Shown here: positions 61,149 through 64,000 of the stretch, piece after piece | Position numbering within the stretch: position 1 is the stretch's first letter | Layout of the letters: every line of letters starts with the position of its first letter | NCBI GenBank assembly: GCA_965198115.1 | Contig: OZ240241.1 | Span: 8,096,001 to 8,160,000 of the forward strand | Direction: 5' to 3' | Length of the DNA stretch: 64,000 nucleotides | From: Candidatus Latescibacterota bacterium | GTDB taxonomy: Bacteria; Latescibacterota; UBA2968 | The notes under the pieces: generated by a model | What the model was told of the DNA's origin: nothing | The model's input: the letters and a program-made list of their open reading frames with translations, nothing else | Databases searched by the model: none | Program-made: the position numbers and the translations under genes

Positions 61149-62375
61149 GTGACGGTTTTTACACGAAATGCCCTCCTTCTGACGGCTGAAAAGGCCAGTC
61201 ACCTCACGGGGGCCCTGATCGCGATGGTGTTGGTCGCCCGCAAACTGGGACCCGATATCCTGGCGGACTACGGTTTCGTGATCTCCGTCACGGCCTTTTT
61301 CCTTCCTCTGATCGACGTCGGTCTGAACACCCGTGTGATCAAGGCTTCGGCGGCACGAACAGACCGTGCCAAATCGGCGTTCGAGGAGGCCGTGGGTTAC
61401 CGGCTCGCCGTGTCCCCGGCTTCACTCGCCCTGATGGTCGGAGTCGGTCTGGTGTGGGGACGAACCCCCGACGTCGATCTGGCGGTTCTGCTCGTCGGAT
61501 TGTCGACGGTGGCCATGAGTCTGGGCGATACGGCGAACGCCGTCTTCAAGGGACTTCAGCGAGCGGGTTACAGCTTTCTGTTGATCGGTGGTCTCAACGT
61601 CGTCCTGCTCTGCACCCTGTTCATCACGCTGGAAAGAGGTGGGGGGCTTGCGGCCGTCGGGGCGTGTTACCTCGTCGCACGTCTGGTCTATGCCGTTGCC
61701 GCCTTCGGGCTCGCTCACCAGCGTGCGGGTGTTTCGCTGCCGAAGGCACGTCCGTCGTTCACCCTGTCGGTTGTGATCGACGGGCTGTTCCATCTACCCG
61801 CGCCCTACTTTCTGGGAAACGCACTCGCCGTCGCCTATACCGCGACGTATGTGATTCTGGGGGAGGGGACCGCGGGTCCCTACTACGTGGGATATCGAGC
61901 GGCAGCGGCGGTGTTCATCCTCGTGAGCGCCGGGTTCGAGGCCGTGCTGGCTGCTGCATCGGCCGAGCGTTCAGACGGCCCCGCTCTGCGTCAGAGCGTC
62001 GGAACGACCTTTGCCCTGCTGGCGATCGGCGGAGCCGTGGCTCTCTACGCGATCGCACCCGTCGCGCCGACTTTCTTCGGTGAGGCGTTCGAGGAGAGCG
62101 TGGTCGCCGTTCGCGTGCTGGCCTGGTCCGTGCCTCCGTTCGCCTTCGTCGGGCTCGCCTACACACTCCTGATCGCTCACGATCAGCAGCGCCGGGCTAC
62201 GTATCTTATGCTCGTGCTCCTTTTTATGACCACCTTGACGTCGGTGGCCGCCGCCTACACGATGGGACCGCTGACGACGGCGGCGATACCGGCGCTTTCG
62301 ACCGTGATCCTGTCGGTCGTGTTCTGGACACAACTGCATCGGCTTCGTCGCGCCGGGAGCGGGGTCACGTCGTGA
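61149..62375 (+). CDS. Wzx-like oligosaccharide flippase
   Basis: VARKLGP..YG..DVGL motif; about 12 TM. Confidence 0.8.
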   Translation: MTVFTRNALLLTAEKASHLTGALIAMVLVARKLGPDILADYGFVISVTAFFLPLIDVGLNTRVIKASAARTDRAKSAFEEAVGYRLAVSPASLALMVGVGLVWGRTPDVDLAVLLVGLSTVAMSLGDTANAVFKGLQRAGYSFLLIGGLNVVLLCTLFITLERGGGLAAVGACYLVARLVYAVAAFGLAHQRAGVSLPKARPSFTLSVVIDGLFHLPAPYFLGNALAVAYTATYVILGEGTAGPYYVGYRAAAAVFILVSAGFEAVLAAASAERSDGPALRQSVGTTFALLAIGGAVALYAIAPVAPTFFGEAFEESVVAVRVLAWSVPPFAFVGLAYTLLIAHDQQRRATYLMLVLLFMTTLTSVAAAYTMGPLTTAAIPALSTVILSVVFWTQLHRLRRAGSGVTS

Positions 62376-63220
62376 ATCGTCTGGACGCCACACAGGTCTC
62401 CGAGCCCGCCGGGCCTCTCATCCCGACGGACACCGCCCTCGTGCTGTCGTGGGCGCTTCCCCTGCTCGGTGTGGGCGTGGCCGTCTTCTACGCCTACGCC
62501 AATGCGCCCAACCCGGTCGATCGGGCATTTTTAGCGATGGCCTACGTCCCTCTGGGGTTGATCGCAGGCGACTTCTGGGCGGCGGGTCTGGCACTCCTGC
62601 GGCGGAGGGTCGACACGCCGCTGCGGGTCCCCCTGACGACACCGCTGGTCCTCGGGGGGCTCCATCTGGGGCTCGGGGCGGCAGTGCTCAGGCTGGTGCG
62701 GTTCGACACGCTCTACGAGTACGTTCCCGTAGACGGGATGGGTGGCACCTACGAGATTCGTCTGCTGATCGCGGTGCCCGTCGTCGCTGCGGCGGGTCTT
62801 GCTCTGGTCGTGGCGCTGCTCGAGGGCCGTTTGGTTCGTTGGGTACTCATTTCCGAGCGAACCGCCAAGCCTCGATTCGATCCCGGTTCGGTGCAGCCGG
62901 CAGAAGACCGTGAGCTCGGTCCGGAAAACGTCTACGAGGCGCAGGCGTTGCTCAACAACCTGGGTTACGAGTTCGGCGCGATCGACGGCGTCCTGACGGC
63001 GGACACGTCGTCGGCCCTGGAGCGCTTTCAAAGAGCCGCGGACATCGAAGTGAGCGGAAGGGTGACGGCGCTGACGATGATCGAACTGAGGAACCAGTGG
63101 AAGGCGGCCGAGGAGTCGCCCCGTCGCGCCTCGATGTGGGCCATGGCACGCCACGTCGGGCGCCGACTCGCGCACCCGCTGAGTCAGGCGACGAAGGGAA
63201 TCAGACGGTCGTCGAAATGA
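62372..63220 (+). CDS. Membrane protein with C-terminal peptidoglycan-binding domain
   Basis: About 4 TM, then AQALLNNLGYEFGAIDGVL..TSSALERFQ. Confidence 0.78.
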   Translation: MNRLDATQVSEPAGPLIPTDTALVLSWALPLLGVGVAVFYAYANAPNPVDRAFLAMAYVPLGLIAGDFWAAGLALLRRRVDTPLRVPLTTPLVLGGLHLGLGAAVLRLVRFDTLYEYVPVDGMGGTYEIRLLIAVPVVAAAGLALVVALLEGRLVRWVLISERTAKPRFDPGSVQPAEDRELGPENVYEAQALLNNLGYEFGAIDGVLTADTSSALERFQRAADIEVSGRVTALTMIELRNQWKAAEESPRRASMWAMARHVGRRLAHPLSQATKGIRRSSK

Positions 63221-63253
63221 GAGGCGGCGCGAACCTGTGAAATCGAGAACCGA

Positions 63254-64000
63254 CTACCGAGAGGGCGTCGGTTTTTTTCTGGCCGTGCGCGGTACGTTGA
63301 GGGGGAGCTGATGCGGTGCGATCCCCGTGTTGGGTCGTGTGCGTGTGTGGTGAATGTGGATATGATTACCATCCTGCTCGATCGAAATCCGTTTTGGAAG
63401 ATAGAGGTCCCCGTATCGCTTGTAGTCCGAAACGCGACGGCGTGAGATCAGTGCGCCAAAACGATCGAGCAGCGCATCGTCGAGGAGACCGAGCACCGTT
63501 CTGTCGATCGTGATTCGACGGACACCGATGGGGGAGGCGAAGGCCAGACGATACGTGTTTTCGGTCGCGGAAAAGGAAGTCAGGTGGGCCAGATCTTCAT
63601 GTTTCAGATCCGGTAGGCCGAGGAGAGCTTGGGGCACGTCGTAGTAGCCGAGTTCCATGCCGGTGATGCTTCGCAGAACCGAGTTGGCGCGACCTCTGAG
63701 GAATTCGTTCTCGCGTGGGAGGTAGACGTCGATCGAGTCCCGGTAGAACAGGGCTGACAGCAGGCCGGTGCCGACAGGACCGGTGACTTCGAGGCGGAGG
63801 CTGTCGGGGGACCGGTAGAAGATGACGCCCTGCGCACGTTGGCGGACCCCATCGATCTGAATCGATATGGCAGCGCGAGACTCCGCATCGTGGACACGGG
63901 TGCGGATCTTCTGAACCTGCTGTATGAGTTCGTCGGGTGAGGTGATGTGGGGAGGAGGGGGCCGGCTCGGAGTGGCGCAGGCCGCGAGCGACCACGCGGC
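63254..64000 (-). CDS. LolB-like/DUF4292-type lipoprotein, start lies beyond the right edge
   Basis: The frame is open to the window edge: ..WSLAAC-ATP..PDSLRLEVTGPVG..IDVYLP..LPKRISI. Confidence 0.6.
   Translation of the reverse strand, partial: AAWSLAACATPSRPPPPHITSPDELIQQVQKIRTRVHDAESRAAISIQIDGVRQRAQGVIFYRSPDSLRLEVTGPVGTGLLSALFYRDSIDVYLPRENEFLRGRANSVLRSITGMELGYYDVPQALLGLPDLKHEDLAHLTSFSATENTYRLAFASPIGVRRITIDRTVLGLLDDALLDRFGALISRRRVSDYKRYGDLYLPKRISIEQDGNHIHIHHTRTRPNTGIAPHQLPLNVPRTARKKPTPSR

Overview
GC-rich bacterial chromosomal window. Gene content suggests a diderm heterotroph, possibly FCB group/Latescibacterota-like (inference only). Many single-base frameshifts, several in homopolymer runs, look like long-read assembly errors. 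From left to right: (1) 1-3.0 kb is an integrase-less, integron-like cassette array on the minus strand with two 87-bp attC-like sites. (2) A DUF1016-N/thermonuclease fusion gene is split by an IS256. (3) 5.9-26 kb holds transport, glycosyltransferase and sugar-acid catabolic genes, PhoX, REP-like repeats and an ISL3 splitting an oxidoreductase. (4) A probable 6S RNA precedes the housekeeping block yggS-yggT-divIVA-mtnP-NUDIX-ileS-dksA-lspA-rluA. (5) The most striking locus, 34.9-38.0 kb (minus), encodes a MamA-like TPR protein, a small acidic Pro-rich protein, a MamK-like actin and a ParB-like protein, with no other magnetosome gene recognisable in the window. (6) Next come a ferredoxin, a HEAT protein and a ~15-kb Rieske/cytochrome b + octaheme cytochrome c + heme-copper oxidase operon. 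The ferredoxin and the Rieske protein share an unexplained ~25-aa N-terminal tag (DLSQFDxIxDRVERAKAKAxAxRK, three copies). (7) The right end has an NtrC-type regulator, a second IS630 and envelope genes. All family assignments are from recognition of motifs by eye; no searches were run.
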